Below are positions 10,946 through 21,691 of a stretch of DNA of 33,343 nucleotides, one piece after another. Position 1 is the first letter of the stretch. Each line of letters opens with the position of its first letter. This DNA is from an uncultured bacterium (GTDB lineage: Bacteria > DYJV01 > JALVYZ01). The stretch covers positions 1 to 33,343 of the forward strand of contig CAZQKL010000003.1 in the NCBI GenBank assembly GCA_964593895.1. The letters are read 5' to 3'. The notes beneath the pieces were generated by a model that was given only the letters and a program-made list of their open reading frames with translations, ran no database searches and was not told the DNA's origin. The translations under genes and the position numbers were made by a program.

Positions 10946-11597
10946 CTTTTATTTTTACAATTCTTTTTAATTTTTGAGCAATAGTTAGTTCATGAGTTAC
11001 CAGAACAATTGTATGTCCATTTTCATTTAAACTGAAAAATAGAGATATTATCTCTTCAGTTGCTTTACTGTCAAGGTTTCCAGTTGGTTCATCAGCAAGA
11101 ATAATATCAGGATTGTTTATCAATGCTCTTGCAATAGCAACTCTCTGTTGTTGTCCTCCTGAAAGTTCATTAGGTTTATGGTGAATTCTATCTGAAAGTC
11201 CAACAAAATTGATTAAATTTTTAGCTCTTTCCAATGCTTCTTTTTTTGAAATTCCTTTATTGTAAAAAGTTGGTAATAGAACATTCTCAAGAACATTAAA
11301 ATAGCGAATTAAGTTAAATGATTGAAAGATGAAGCCAATTTGTCTGTTTCTTATTTTTGATAATTCTTTATCTTTCAGTTTTGCAATATTTTTCCCTTCA
11401 AAAAAGTAATCTCCTGAAATATCATTATCAAGACAACCAATAATATTCATTAAAGTTGTTTTTCCACTTCCTGAAGGACCAATTATTCCTAAAAATTCTC
11501 CTTTGAATATTTTTAGGTTTATATTTTTTAAAACATGGATTTTAATTTTACCTGATTTGTAAATTTTGTTGATATTAACCAATTTAATAATTTCCAT
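10908..11597 (-). CDS. ABC transporter ATP-binding protein (LolD/MacB type)
   Basis: [48 protein letters not shown]. Confidence 0.95.
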   Translation of the reverse strand: MEIIKLVNINKIYKSGKIKIHVLKNINLKIFKGEFLGIIGPSGSGKTTLMNIIGCLDNDISGDYFFEGKNIAKLKDKELSKIRNRQIGFIFQSFNLIRYFNVLENVLLPTFYNKGISKKEALERAKNLINFVGLSDRIHHKPNELSGGQQQRVAIARALINNPDIILADEPTGNLDSKATEEIISLFFSLNENGHTIVLVTHELTIAQKLKRIVKIKDGIIEADYKNNI

Positions 11598-11606
11598 TTG
11601 TTTAAA

Positions 11607-11635
11607 ATCATATCTATAAAATTAAAAATAATCAA
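11607..11635 (-). promoter_or_regulatory. Putative sigma70 promoter for the ABC/CDF/PPIase/dehydratase unit
   Basis: Minus strand TTGATT-17 nt-TATGAT, 9 nt before ATG 11597; no SD. Confidence 0.5.
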
Positions 11636-11690
11636 GGTTCACAAAAAAATTAAAATTTTTTAACTTGAATAAACGTAAAAAATATGATTA

Positions 11691-11717
11691 TTAGCACCCA
11701 GTCTTGACAAGTGCTAA
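11691..11717. promoter_or_regulatory. CIRCE element (HrcA operator)
   Basis: TTAGCACCC-N9-AAGTGCTAA versus consensus TTAGCACTC-N9-GAGTGCTAA (2 mismatches), about 50 nt upstream of groES. Confidence 0.9.
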
Positions 11718-11731
11718 TAAATAATTATTAT
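11704..11731 (+). promoter_or_regulatory. Putative groESL promoter with -35 embedded in CIRCE
   Basis: TTGACA (11704-11709)-16 nt-TATTAT (11726-11731); AGGAGG SD before groES. Confidence 0.55.
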
Positions 11732-11765
11732 ATATTCAGAAAATTCAAAAAGGAGGTAGGAGCTG

Positions 11766-12056
11766 ATGAAGGTAAGACCATTACATGACAGAATTCTTGT
11801 TGAAAGAATTGATGAAGAAGAGAAAACTCCAGGAGGAATTATAATTCCTGATACTGCTAAAGAAAAACCAAGCCAAGGAAAAGTTATCGCTGTAGGCAAT
11901 GGCAAAAAAACAGAAGATGGGAAAGTAATTCCTTTAGATGTTAAAGTTGGAGATAAAATTTTATTTGGAAAATATGCTGGAACTGAAATTAAAATTGAAG
12001 GAAAAGAGTATCTTATTATGAGAGAAGATGAAATTTTTGCAGTAATTGAAGAATAA
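11766..12056 (+). CDS. groES: Co-chaperonin GroES
   Basis: [43 protein letters not shown]. Confidence 0.98.
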   Translation: MKVRPLHDRILVERIDEEEKTPGGIIIPDTAKEKPSQGKVIAVGNGKKTEDGKVIPLDVKVGDKILFGKYAGTEIKIEGKEYLIMREDEIFAVIEE

Positions 12057-12071
12057 AAAAAATAATTATAA

Positions 12072-13718
<1,647 letters not shown>

Positions 13719-13724
13719 TAGATT

Positions 13725-13753
13725 AAAGCCGGGCTTTTAAGCCCGGCTTTTTT
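13725..13753 (+). terminator. Rho-independent terminator after groEL
   Basis: AAAGCCGGGCT-TTTA-AGCCCGGCTTT hairpin followed by a T-run. Confidence 0.9.
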
Positions 13754-13754
13754 A

Positions 13755-13783
13755 TTGACATTTTTATTTATTAAAATTATAAA
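13755..13783 (+). promoter_or_regulatory. Putative sigma70 promoter (leaderless) for the 2-hydroxyacid dehydrogenase
   Basis: TTGACA-17 nt-TATAAA, 6 nt before ATG 13790; no SD. Confidence 0.6.
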
Positions 13784-13789
13784 AACTCT

Positions 13790-14758
13790 ATGAGGAAAAA
13801 GTTTAATATCCTTTTCTGTTCAAAGCAGTATCCCCTCACAATGGAATATTTAAAAAAGTATCTTCCTGAAGATAGATTTTATATTTACAATTGTCATGAA
13901 AAAGATTTACTTAAAGAAATTAAAAATGCCCATGTTGCAGTTCCATTAATGGCTAAACTGACCTCAGAAATAATAAAAAATGGAAAAAATCTGAAACTAA
14001 TCCATCAATTTGGAGTTGGTCTTGAAGGAGTAGATATTACTGAAGCAACAAAAAATAAAATCTTTGTTGCAAATATTCCTGCAGATAAAACAGGAAATGC
14101 ATATTCAGTAAGTGAGCTTACTCTTTTTTTAATTTTTGCTCTATTAAAAAATTGGAATGAATGTCAAAAAAATTTTAAAAATAGAAAAATTGGAATTCCT
14201 CTTGGTGATGTAATTGTTGGGAAAAAGTTTTGTATTTTAGGTTATGGTAATGTTGGAAAAGCTGTTTGTAAAATTTTAAAAAAGTTTAATGTTGAAATTT
14301 TTGTTGTTTCTCGTAAAAGATACAATTTAAATAAAAGGAAGGTAAAATTTTTAACATACAATGAGCTTAATTCAATTTTGCCGGTAATAGATTTTTTAAT
14401 AATTGCAATTCCATTAAAAAATGATACAAAAAATTTTGTTGATGAAAGAATAATTTTTAAAATGAAAAAAGCCTCTTTCGTTATAAATGTTGCAAGAGGT
14501 CCTGTATTAAATTATGAAGCATTATTAAAAGCTTTAAAAGAAGGTAAAATTAAAGGAGCAGGTCTTGATGTTTACTGGGATGAACCTTTTGACCCAAATG
14601 ATGAAATTTTTAAATACAATGTGATTGCAACCCCTCATATTGCAGGCTCAACAAGTTTAAGTTACAGTTTAATGGCTAAATTTATGGCAAGAAATATTAA
14701 GAGAGTACTTTTATATAAAAAAGAACCTGTAAGCTGGCAAAATAAAGATTTTATTTAA
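13790..14758 (+). CDS. D-isomer-specific 2-hydroxyacid dehydrogenase (NAD(P)-dependent)
   Basis: GVGLEGVD, GYGNVG Rossmann motif, INVARG, GAGLDVYWDEP, ATPHIAG. Confidence 0.93.
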   Translation: MRKKFNILFCSKQYPLTMEYLKKYLPEDRFYIYNCHEKDLLKEIKNAHVAVPLMAKLTSEIIKNGKNLKLIHQFGVGLEGVDITEATKNKIFVANIPADKTGNAYSVSELTLFLIFALLKNWNECQKNFKNRKIGIPLGDVIVGKKFCILGYGNVGKAVCKILKKFNVEIFVVSRKRYNLNKRKVKFLTYNELNSILPVIDFLIIAIPLKNDTKNFVDERIIFKMKKASFVINVARGPVLNYEALLKALKEGKIKGAGLDVYWDEPFDPNDEIFKYNVIATPHIAGSTSLSYSLMAKFMARNIKRVLLYKKEPVSWQNKDFI

Positions 14759-15465
14759 ATTCCAAGATATACTTTCTTTATTTCAGGATTGTTTAATAAC
14801 ACTTGAGAAGGACCTTCCATAGCAATCTGTCCAGTATCAAGAACATAAGCATAATCTGAATTTTCAAGAGCAAGTTGAACATCCTGTTCAACAAGTAAAA
14901 CTGTTGTGCCTTCTGAGTTAATTTTTTTTATAATTTCAATTAAATTATCAACAATTAAAGGAGCAAGTCCAAGGCTCATTTCATCAACTATAAATACTTT
15001 TGGTTTTCCCATTAAGCCTCTTGCAATTGCTACCATCTGCTGTTCTCCACCAGACAGGCTACCAGCCCTTTGAGTTTTTCTTTCTTTTAAACGGGGAAAA
15101 ATTGAATATACATACTCAAGGTCTTTTTCAATTTCGGGGTCATTTCCTCTAATATATGCTCCCATTAGGAGATTTTCTTCAACTGTCATATCTGGAAATA
15201 ATCTTCTTCCTTCAGGCACATGAATTATTCCTCTTTTAACAATTTCTTCTGAAGAAAGATTTTTTAAGCTTTCACCATTAAAGAAAATATCTCCTTCTTT
15301 ATATGGTAAAAGACCTGATAAAGCTTTTAAAAAAGTTGTTTTTCCTGCACCATTAGAACCAACAAGGGCAATAATTTTTCCTTTTTCTATTTTTAGGTTA
15401 ATTCCCCATAATACTTGAACATCACCATAAGAAACTGAAAGATTTTTAACTTCAATTATTGCCAT
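14755..15465 (-). CDS. livF: Branched-chain amino acid-type ABC transporter ATP-binding protein (LivF family)
   Basis: GSNGAGKTT, VPEGRRLF, LSGGEQQMVAIARGL, SLGLAP, LLVEQ, YLG C-terminus. Confidence 0.9.
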   Translation of the reverse strand: MAIIEVKNLSVSYGDVQVLWGINLKIEKGKIIALVGSNGAGKTTFLKALSGLLPYKEGDIFFNGESLKNLSSEEIVKRGIIHVPEGRRLFPDMTVEENLLMGAYIRGNDPEIEKDLEYVYSIFPRLKERKTQRAGSLSGGEQQMVAIARGLMGKPKVFIVDEMSLGLAPLIVDNLIEIIKKINSEGTTVLLVEQDVQLALENSDYAYVLDTGQIAMEGPSQVLLNNPEIKKVYLGI

Positions 15466-15611
15466 AACTTTTCTCCTTTTTTATCAATAATTCAAGAAAT
15501 CTTGCATCTTCTGATGATTCAATCATTATATCCAAATCCTCTGTAAACCTTGGAAACAGCCCAGCCACCTATTAAAACATATTTGGCATCTTTTTCGTTA
15601 AATTTTTTACA
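15466..15611 (-). pseudogene. Relic of a nucleotidyltransferase-like (GGxAV...PRxTxDxD) gene
   Basis: Minus strand reads CKKFNEKDAKYVLIGGWAV, then after a frameshift near 15555 FPRFTEDLDIMIESSEDARFLELLIKKEK; no in-frame start. Confidence 0.7.
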
Positions 15612-15618
15612 GTCATTT

Positions 15619-16368
15619 TTATGCGGTTAATTGTTTATATCTTTTTCCAAGATAAGCTTTAATTACCTTTTCGTCATTTAAAACTTTTTCTGGTGGACCA
15701 TCAGCTATTTTTTCCCCATGATGAAGAACAAAGATTCTATCACATATTGCTTTTATAGCTTTCATAACATGCTCTATTACAAGAATAGTAATTCCTCTAT
15801 TTCTTATTTTTTTAATAATTTCAACTGCTTCATCTATTTCTCCAGGATTTAATCCTGCCATGACTTCATCAAATAAAATAACATCAGGGTCCATAGCTAA
15901 TGCTTTGGCCATTTCAAGTCTTTTTCTTTGTGCTATATTTAAGCTGTCAGCTTTATAATCTTTAAATTTCTTTAATCCAAGAAATTCAAGTATTTCTTCT
16001 GCTATTTCAAGACACTGTTTTGTATTTCTTTTATTCCCATTTTTCCCAAACATTGCTCCAACTGAAGCATTTTCAAGCACAGTCATTCCAGGAAATGGTT
16101 TTACAATCTGATAAGTTCTTGCAATTCCCAATCTTCCAATTTGGTATGGTTTTAATCCTTTAATAGATTTTCCCTTAAAAATTACATCTCCAGAAGTTAT
16201 TGAAGTTGTACCTGAAATCATACTAATTAAAGTTGTTTTCCCAGCCCCATTTGGTCCAATAAGACCTAAAATTTCACCTTCATATAATTCAAAATCAACT
16301 TCACTAACTGCTCTTAGGCCACCAAATTCTTTTGTTAATTTAACTCCTTTTAATATAGGTTTTTGCAT
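15619..16368 (-). CDS. livG: Branched-chain amino acid-type ABC transporter ATP-binding protein (LivG family)
   Basis: FGGLRAV, GPNGAGKTT, GIARTYQ, DEVMAGLN, IEHVM, VIKAYLG. Confidence 0.9.
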   Translation of the reverse strand: MQKPILKGVKLTKEFGGLRAVSEVDFELYEGEILGLIGPNGAGKTTLISMISGTTSITSGDVIFKGKSIKGLKPYQIGRLGIARTYQIVKPFPGMTVLENASVGAMFGKNGNKRNTKQCLEIAEEILEFLGLKKFKDYKADSLNIAQRKRLEMAKALAMDPDVILFDEVMAGLNPGEIDEAVEIIKKIRNRGITILVIEHVMKAIKAICDRIFVLHHGEKIADGPPEKVLNDEKVIKAYLGKRYKQLTA

Positions 16369-16377
16369 AATTTCCCT

Positions 16378-17340
16378 CTAAATTCTATGTTTTCTAATAT
16401 TTTCAAGAAAATATGAAATTCCAATTTTTTTTCTTCCAGAAAAAATATCGTAAATACCTTTTGGTGAAAATAAAATCATAAGAATAATTATAGTTCCAAA
16501 AAATAATGCATGAATTGTTAAAAAATAGTTAGAGAGCACTTCAGATATTATGTTTATAACCGTTGCACCAATAAGAGGACCAAAAAGACTTCCAATTCCA
16601 CCAAATACTGCCATAACTATCATTTTTACAGTGACTAAAACATCAAATACAGGCTCAGGCTTAATAAAACCTTGCTGATACGCATAAATACTTCCAGCAA
16701 TTGAAGTAAAAAAACCACTTATTGAAAAAGAGATACATTTAAATAAAGTTGTATTAATCCCTATTGAATTTGCAGCATCTTCATCCTCTCTAATTGCAAT
16801 AAAACCGTATCCAAGTTTTGATTTTAATATAAAATATGTGCATACAAGAAGAATTATTAAAACCAGTAAGCTTATAAAGTAGAAAAATTTATACTGAGCA
16901 TCCACACTTAAATTTAGTAGAGGAAGATACATACCTGAATTTCCTTCTGTTATATCAAGATTTTGCACAAGTGATTTCATAGCTTCTGCAACTCCTAATG
17001 TAGCAATTGCAAAGTAATGGCCTTTTAATCTAAGTATAGGAATACCAATGAGAAAAGCAAAAATTGCACAGAAAATAGCACTTAAAATTAAAGCAAAAAA
17101 GAAGTTCATTCCAATAATATCTGGACTCATAAAAATTGCAGTTAAATATGCTCCAAGTCCAAAGAAAACAACATTACCAAATGAAGCATATCCAGTATAA
17201 CCACCAATTATATTCCATGCGCTTGCCATTATTGCAAAAAGTAGAACATCAGTAAAAAATCTTATAAAAAAATTACCTGTAATAAAGGGTATTATTAAAC
17301 TTATAACGAAAAAAAATCCTATAATTCCAAATCGTTTCAT
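16378..17340 (-). CDS. livM: Branched-chain amino acid-type ABC permease (LivM family)
   Basis: WNIIGGYTGYASFG, LRLKGHYFAIATL, AIREDEDAA, GGIGSLFGP. Confidence 0.9.
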   Translation of the reverse strand: MKRFGIIGFFFVISLIIPFITGNFFIRFFTDVLLFAIMASAWNIIGGYTGYASFGNVVFFGLGAYLTAIFMSPDIIGMNFFFALILSAIFCAIFAFLIGIPILRLKGHYFAIATLGVAEAMKSLVQNLDITEGNSGMYLPLLNLSVDAQYKFFYFISLLVLIILLVCTYFILKSKLGYGFIAIREDEDAANSIGINTTLFKCISFSISGFFTSIAGSIYAYQQGFIKPEPVFDVLVTVKMIVMAVFGGIGSLFGPLIGATVINIISEVLSNYFLTIHALFFGTIIILMILFSPKGIYDIFSGRKKIGISYFLENIRKHRI

Positions 17341-17341
17341 A

Positions 17342-18199
17342 TTAACCTTCCTTTCCTAATATTCCTTTTGGTCTAATAATTAATACAAGAACCAGAATTG
17401 TAAAACTTATTAAACTTTCAAATGTAGTGCCAAAGTAATTTGTTCCAAAAGCTTCAATTATTCCAAGTGTTAAACCACCTACAATTGGTCCTAACATTGT
17501 TCCAAGTCCACCTACAATGCAAACAACAAATGATTTTAAGGTAAGATGTCCACCCATTGAAGGAGAAATTGGAAAAAGAATTGCCCATAATGTTCCAGCT
17601 GCTCCTGCAAGGGCGGTTCCAATACCAAAAGTTATACTATAAATATGAGAAACATTAACTCCATTTAATCTTGCTGCTTCTAAATCTTGAGAAGTTGCTC
17701 TAATTGCTCTTCCAAGTCTTGTTTTATTTAAAATCACAAATAATATAAAACTTATAATTAATGCAAGCACAAATGCAATAAGTCTTACATATGGGATTGT
17801 AACGCCAAAAATTGTAAAATTACTTGCAGCATAAGCAACTTTTACTTTTCTAACATCTGCTGTCCATAAAATTAAAGCCATGTTAGTAATAAAGATTTCA
17901 ATTCCAAATGTTAAAATTAATGTAATGAAGATTTCAGCTCTAATTACAAGATTTATTAAATATTTTTGAATAATGTAACCAAAAACAAACATAACTAACA
18001 TAGAAATTAATAGACTAATAAATGGGTCAATGCCAAATAGGGTAAACATCCAATAGGTAGTATATGCCCCTAACATTATAAAAGCACCATGAGCAATGTT
18101 GATAATATCCATAACTCCCCAAATAAGACTCATTCCAAGAGCCATTAATGCATAAAGACCACCTTTTAAAATCCCATTTACAAGAATTTGAAAAAACAT
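17342..18199 (-). CDS. livH: Branched-chain amino acid-type ABC permease (LivH family)
   Basis: YALMALGMSLIWGV..IINIAHG, TRLGRAIRA, GGLG, IRPKGILG; SD AAGGAGAGG. Confidence 0.9.
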   Translation of the reverse strand: MFFQILVNGILKGGLYALMALGMSLIWGVMDIINIAHGAFIMLGAYTTYWMFTLFGIDPFISLLISMLVMFVFGYIIQKYLINLVIRAEIFITLILTFGIEIFITNMALILWTADVRKVKVAYAASNFTIFGVTIPYVRLIAFVLALIISFILFVILNKTRLGRAIRATSQDLEAARLNGVNVSHIYSITFGIGTALAGAAGTLWAILFPISPSMGGHLTLKSFVVCIVGGLGTMLGPIVGGLTLGIIEAFGTNYFGTTFESLISFTILVLVLIIRPKGILGKEG

Positions 18200-18229
18200 A
18201 TCCTCTCCTTAAAATCTTGTTGTGGAACA

Positions 18230-18260
18230 ATTGTATACAATAATTATTATTAAAATTCAA
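18230..18260 (-). promoter_or_regulatory. Putative liv promoter with overlapping palindromic operator ATTGTATACAAT
   Basis: Minus strand TTGAAT-17 nt-TATACA; perfect 12-bp palindrome at 18230-18241 covers the -10 element. Confidence 0.55.
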
Positions 18261-18269
18261 GAAAAAAAT

Positions 18270-19646
18270 TTAAAATATGGTAGGACCAATTATTTTTGTT
18301 AATTTTGGGAATTTTACAGGATAGTTGCCATCAAAACATGCATAGCAGTAATCGTTAAAATCTTCACCTACTCCTTTTTTTAATCCTTCTAAAGATAAAT
18401 ACGCAAGAGAATCTGCAGTAATGTATCTTCTTATTTCATCAACAGTATGACTTGAAGCAATTAACTCTCTTCTTGTAGGAGTATCAATTCCATAAAAACA
18501 TGGAAAATTTGTTGTTGGAGAACTTATCCTCATATGAATTTCTTTTGCACCTGCATTTCTGAGCATTTTTACAATTTTCCTTGAGGTTGTTCCTCTAACT
18601 ATTGAATCATCAATTAAAACAATTTTTTTCCCTTTTAAAACATCTTTTAATGCATTAAGTTTAATTTTTACGCCAAAATGTCTTATTGATTGCTTTGGTT
18701 CTATAAATGTTCTCCCAACATAGTGATTTCTAATAAGTCCAAGCTCAAAAGGAATTTTTGTCTCTTCAGAGTATCCAATTGCAGCAGGAATTCCTGAATC
18801 AGGAACAGGAACCACTAAATCAGCTTCAACTGGATGCTCCTGGGCAAGAATTTTCCCAAGAGTTTTTCTTAATTCATAAACATTTTTTCCAAATACAATG
18901 CTATCAGGTCTTGCAAAATATATATGCTCAAAGACACAGTAACTTTTTTTTGTTTTTTCACCAGGAATCCTTTCAGATTTTATCCCATTTGTATCAATAA
19001 TTATCATTTCACCAGGTTCAACTTCTCTAATGTATTCAGCTTCAATTAAATCAAAAGCACAAGTTTCAGATGAAAAAACGTATCCATCTTTAATTTTTCC
19101 AAGAACAAGAGGTCTAAATCCGTAATTATCTCTTGCTGCAATTAATTTTCCTTCTGTAAGAAATAATATGCTATAAGCTCCTTTTACCTGATATAATGCT
19201 TCTTTTATTCTGTCTATAATATTTTCAGAATGAGATTTTGCAATTAAATGAACAATAACTTCAGTGTCCATAGTGGATTGAAAGATGCTTCCTTCCTTTT
19301 CAAGTTTTTCTCGTAAAATTTCATAATTTACAAGATTGCCATTATGGGCAATGGCTAAAGTGCCTTTAAAATAATTCACCATAAAAGGCTGGGCATTTTG
19401 AAGAAGACTACTGCCTGTTGTTGAATATCTAACATGACCAATAGCAATATGACCTTTTAATTTTTCAATTATTTCTCTTGTGAAGATATCAACAACATGT
19501 CCCATTTGTATATGGGAATAATACTTTTTCCCATCAAATGAAACAATTCCAGCACTTTCCTGACCTCTATGCTGAAGTGCATGAAGTCCAAGATACGTTA
19601 AATTTGCTGCTTCAGGATAATTATAAACACCAAATATTCCACACAT
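18270..19646 (-). CDS. purF: Amidophosphoribosyltransferase
   Basis: N-terminal MCGIFG (catalytic Cys), [34 protein letters not shown]; Fe-S Cys in CVFE, PCFYG, YCYAC. Confidence 0.97.
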   Translation of the reverse strand: MCGIFGVYNYPEAANLTYLGLHALQHRGQESAGIVSFDGKKYYSHIQMGHVVDIFTREIIEKLKGHIAIGHVRYSTTGSSLLQNAQPFMVNYFKGTLAIAHNGNLVNYEILREKLEKEGSIFQSTMDTEVIVHLIAKSHSENIIDRIKEALYQVKGAYSILFLTEGKLIAARDNYGFRPLVLGKIKDGYVFSSETCAFDLIEAEYIREVEPGEMIIIDTNGIKSERIPGEKTKKSYCVFEHIYFARPDSIVFGKNVYELRKTLGKILAQEHPVEADLVVPVPDSGIPAAIGYSEETKIPFELGLIRNHYVGRTFIEPKQSIRHFGVKIKLNALKDVLKGKKIVLIDDSIVRGTTSRKIVKMLRNAGAKEIHMRISSPTTNFPCFYGIDTPTRRELIASSHTVDEIRRYITADSLAYLSLEGLKKGVGEDFNDYCYACFDGNYPVKFPKLTKIIGPTIF

Positions 19647-19694
19647 AAAAATAAAATTGAAAAATTTTTTTTATGATGCTATTGGTAAATTTAA

Positions 19695-19766
<72 letters not shown>

Positions 19767-19780
19767 AAAATTTTAAGTTT

Positions 19781-19809
19781 TTAATAGAGTAACTTTTATA
19801 AAAAGTCAA
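19781..19809 (-). promoter_or_regulatory. Putative sigma70 promoter for tRNA-Gly (and purF)
   Basis: Minus strand TTGACT-17 nt-TATTAA, 14 nt before the tRNA 5' end. Confidence 0.55.
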
Positions 19810-19831
19810 GATTTTTCAAGGAGGAGGGGAA

Positions 19832-20425
19832 ATGAAAAAAGTTATTGGATTGTTGATTTTATCATTTTTGATTTTTAGTTGTGCTCAGAAAAGTGGAAAC
19901 ATAAGGCAGTCTGCATATAAATCCCCAGGCACTACTCAAGGAATAAAAAAAACAACTCCAGAATTTTCAATTTTCAAAGGAGAAATAAAAGGTAAAGCGG
20001 TAAAGCCAGAAAGCATTGAAGAAGCAAAAATTTCTGAAAAGGAAAGTGGTCTTAGTGAGGAAAATATTGGTAAAGCTCAAGAAAACATAAACTTTAAATT
20101 AAGGGATATACATTTTGATTTTGATAGTTCAACTATAAAACCACAAGATATTCCATTTCTTGAGACACTTGCTCAATGGTTAATTTCTCATCCAAAATAT
20201 AAATTAATTATTGAAGGTCACTGCGATGAAAGAGGTTCAGAAATGTATAATTTAGCACTTGGTCAAAGAAGAGCTGATGCTGTTAAAAAGTTCCTTGTAA
20301 ACCTTGGAGTTTCACCTGATAGAATAACAACAATAAGTTATGGAGAAGAAAAGCCAATAGACCCAAGGCATTGCGAGGAAGCATGGGCAAAAAATAGAAG
20401 GTGTCATTTTATAATAGAAGAGTAG
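19832..20425 (+). CDS. pal: Peptidoglycan-associated lipoprotein (OmpA-like domain)
   Basis: Lipobox IFSC; IHFDFD, IEGHCDERG..YNLALGQRRA, SYGEEKP, AWAKNRR; SD GGAGG. Confidence 0.9.
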   Translation: MKKVIGLLILSFLIFSCAQKSGNIRQSAYKSPGTTQGIKKTTPEFSIFKGEIKGKAVKPESIEEAKISEKESGLSEENIGKAQENINFKLRDIHFDFDSSTIKPQDIPFLETLAQWLISHPKYKLIIEGHCDERGSEMYNLALGQRRADAVKKFLVNLGVSPDRITTISYGEEKPIDPRHCEEAWAKNRRCHFIIEE

Positions 20426-20429
20426 GAAA

Positions 20430-21053
20430 ATGAAACAGAAAATTGGTTTAATAGATTATGGAATGGGAAACTTAAAAAGTGTCTTTAAAGCTTTTGAAAA
20501 AATGGGTGCAAAATGTGAAATCATTACTTCTGGTGAAAAATTACTTAAAATGGATAAAGCGGTTTTACCAGGTGTTGGTGCTATAAAAGATTGTATGGAA
20601 AATTTAAAAAGATTGGAACTTGTTGAACCTATTTATGAATTTATAAGTAGTGGAAAATACTTTTTAGGAATTTGTTTAGGAATGCAGGCTTTACTTGAAA
20701 AAAGTTTTGAATTTGGAGAGGTTAATGCTCTTGGTATTATTAAAGGAGAAGTTGTAAAATTTGAAAATCTCGGTAATCTTCCAATTCCTCACATGGGTTG
20801 GAACAGCATAATCATAAAAAAAGAAAGTCCTCTATTTTATGGGATTAAAAGTGGGGATTTTTTCTATTTTGCTCATTCATATTATGTAAAACTTAAAAAT
20901 AAAAAAGAGAATGAGATGAGCGAAACTGAATATGGCATCTATTTTACTTCATCAATTAATAAAGATAACGTGTTTGGAGTTCAGTTTCATCCAGAAAAAA
21001 GTCAGAAAAAAGGATTACAATTAATAGAAAACTTTATAAAGAGGTTGAAATGA
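20430..21053 (+). CDS. hisH: Imidazole glycerol phosphate synthase glutaminase subunit
   Basis: IDYGMGNLKSV, LPGVGA, LGICLGMQ, PHMGWN, YFAHSYY, QFHPEKS. Confidence 0.96.
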   Translation: MKQKIGLIDYGMGNLKSVFKAFEKMGAKCEIITSGEKLLKMDKAVLPGVGAIKDCMENLKRLELVEPIYEFISSGKYFLGICLGMQALLEKSFEFGEVNALGIIKGEVVKFENLGNLPIPHMGWNSIIIKKESPLFYGIKSGDFFYFAHSYYVKLKNKKENEMSETEYGIYFTSSINKDNVFGVQFHPEKSQKKGLQLIENFIKRLK

Positions 21054-21691
21054 AAACAAAAATTTTATTATTAGGCTTAACAATTCTTTTAATTTTATCA
21101 TGTTCTCATAAAAATGTTAAAAATTCACAGTCTCCAATAATTCAAAAGCCAGCAAAAGTTTATATCCCTCCTTTTAAATATGTTGCAAATAAAAATTTAC
21201 AAAATTTTGAAATTAAAATTGAGATGAAAAAAGTTAAGTATTCTTACAATAACGAGCTTATGGATTTGATTGTAAGAGATTTATCTGAAAAGTTTTATTT
21301 GAAAATTAAAAATTTAAGAAAAGATTACAAACCTTATTCATTTGAGGATGTTGAGAATGTATTTGAAGAGCCTTGCTGGGAAGTGCCTTTAAAAAAAATT
21401 AAAAGAAGATTTGAGATTAAATACCTCATACAAGGTTATATTATTAAATTTATTGAAAGACAAGGTAACAGTTTTTCTGTTAAAACTCCTGCTGAAGTTG
21501 ATTTTATAATTACTTTAAAGGATTTATCAACAGGTAAAATTATCTGGCAAAAGGAGTATCATGAAAAACAGGAAACTTTAAGTTCAAATCTTTTGTATTT
21601 TTATAAGTTTTTAAAAAGGAAAGGAAAATGGTTAAGTGCACTTGAACTTTCTGAATCTGCTTTTACAAAACTTGTTAAAGAGTTACCTTGA
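21050..21691 (+). CDS. Hypothetical lipoprotein (CsgG/DUF799-like alpha-beta fold suspected)
   Basis: Lipobox ILSC; V.IPPF, LIQG.I..F.ER.G...SV..PAEVDF.ITL.D..TGKIIW pattern. Confidence 0.65.
   Translation: MKTKILLLGLTILLILSCSHKNVKNSQSPIIQKPAKVYIPPFKYVANKNLQNFEIKIEMKKVKYSYNNELMDLIVRDLSEKFYLKIKNLRKDYKPYSFEDVENVFEEPCWEVPLKKIKRRFEIKYLIQGYIIKFIERQGNSFSVKTPAEVDFIITLKDLSTGKIIWQKEYHEKQETLSSNLLYFYKFLKRKGKWLSALELSESAFTKLVKELP

Noticed and set aside
15572-15616. Mini-ORF MTVKNLTKKMPNMF after livG as a leader peptide
   Set aside because: No attenuator hairpins or regulatory codon runs; the region is better explained as an NTase relic
19792-19806. Inverted repeat ACTTTT-ATA-AAAAGT between tRNA and pal
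   Set aside because: Short and A/T-rich; expected by chance at this composition
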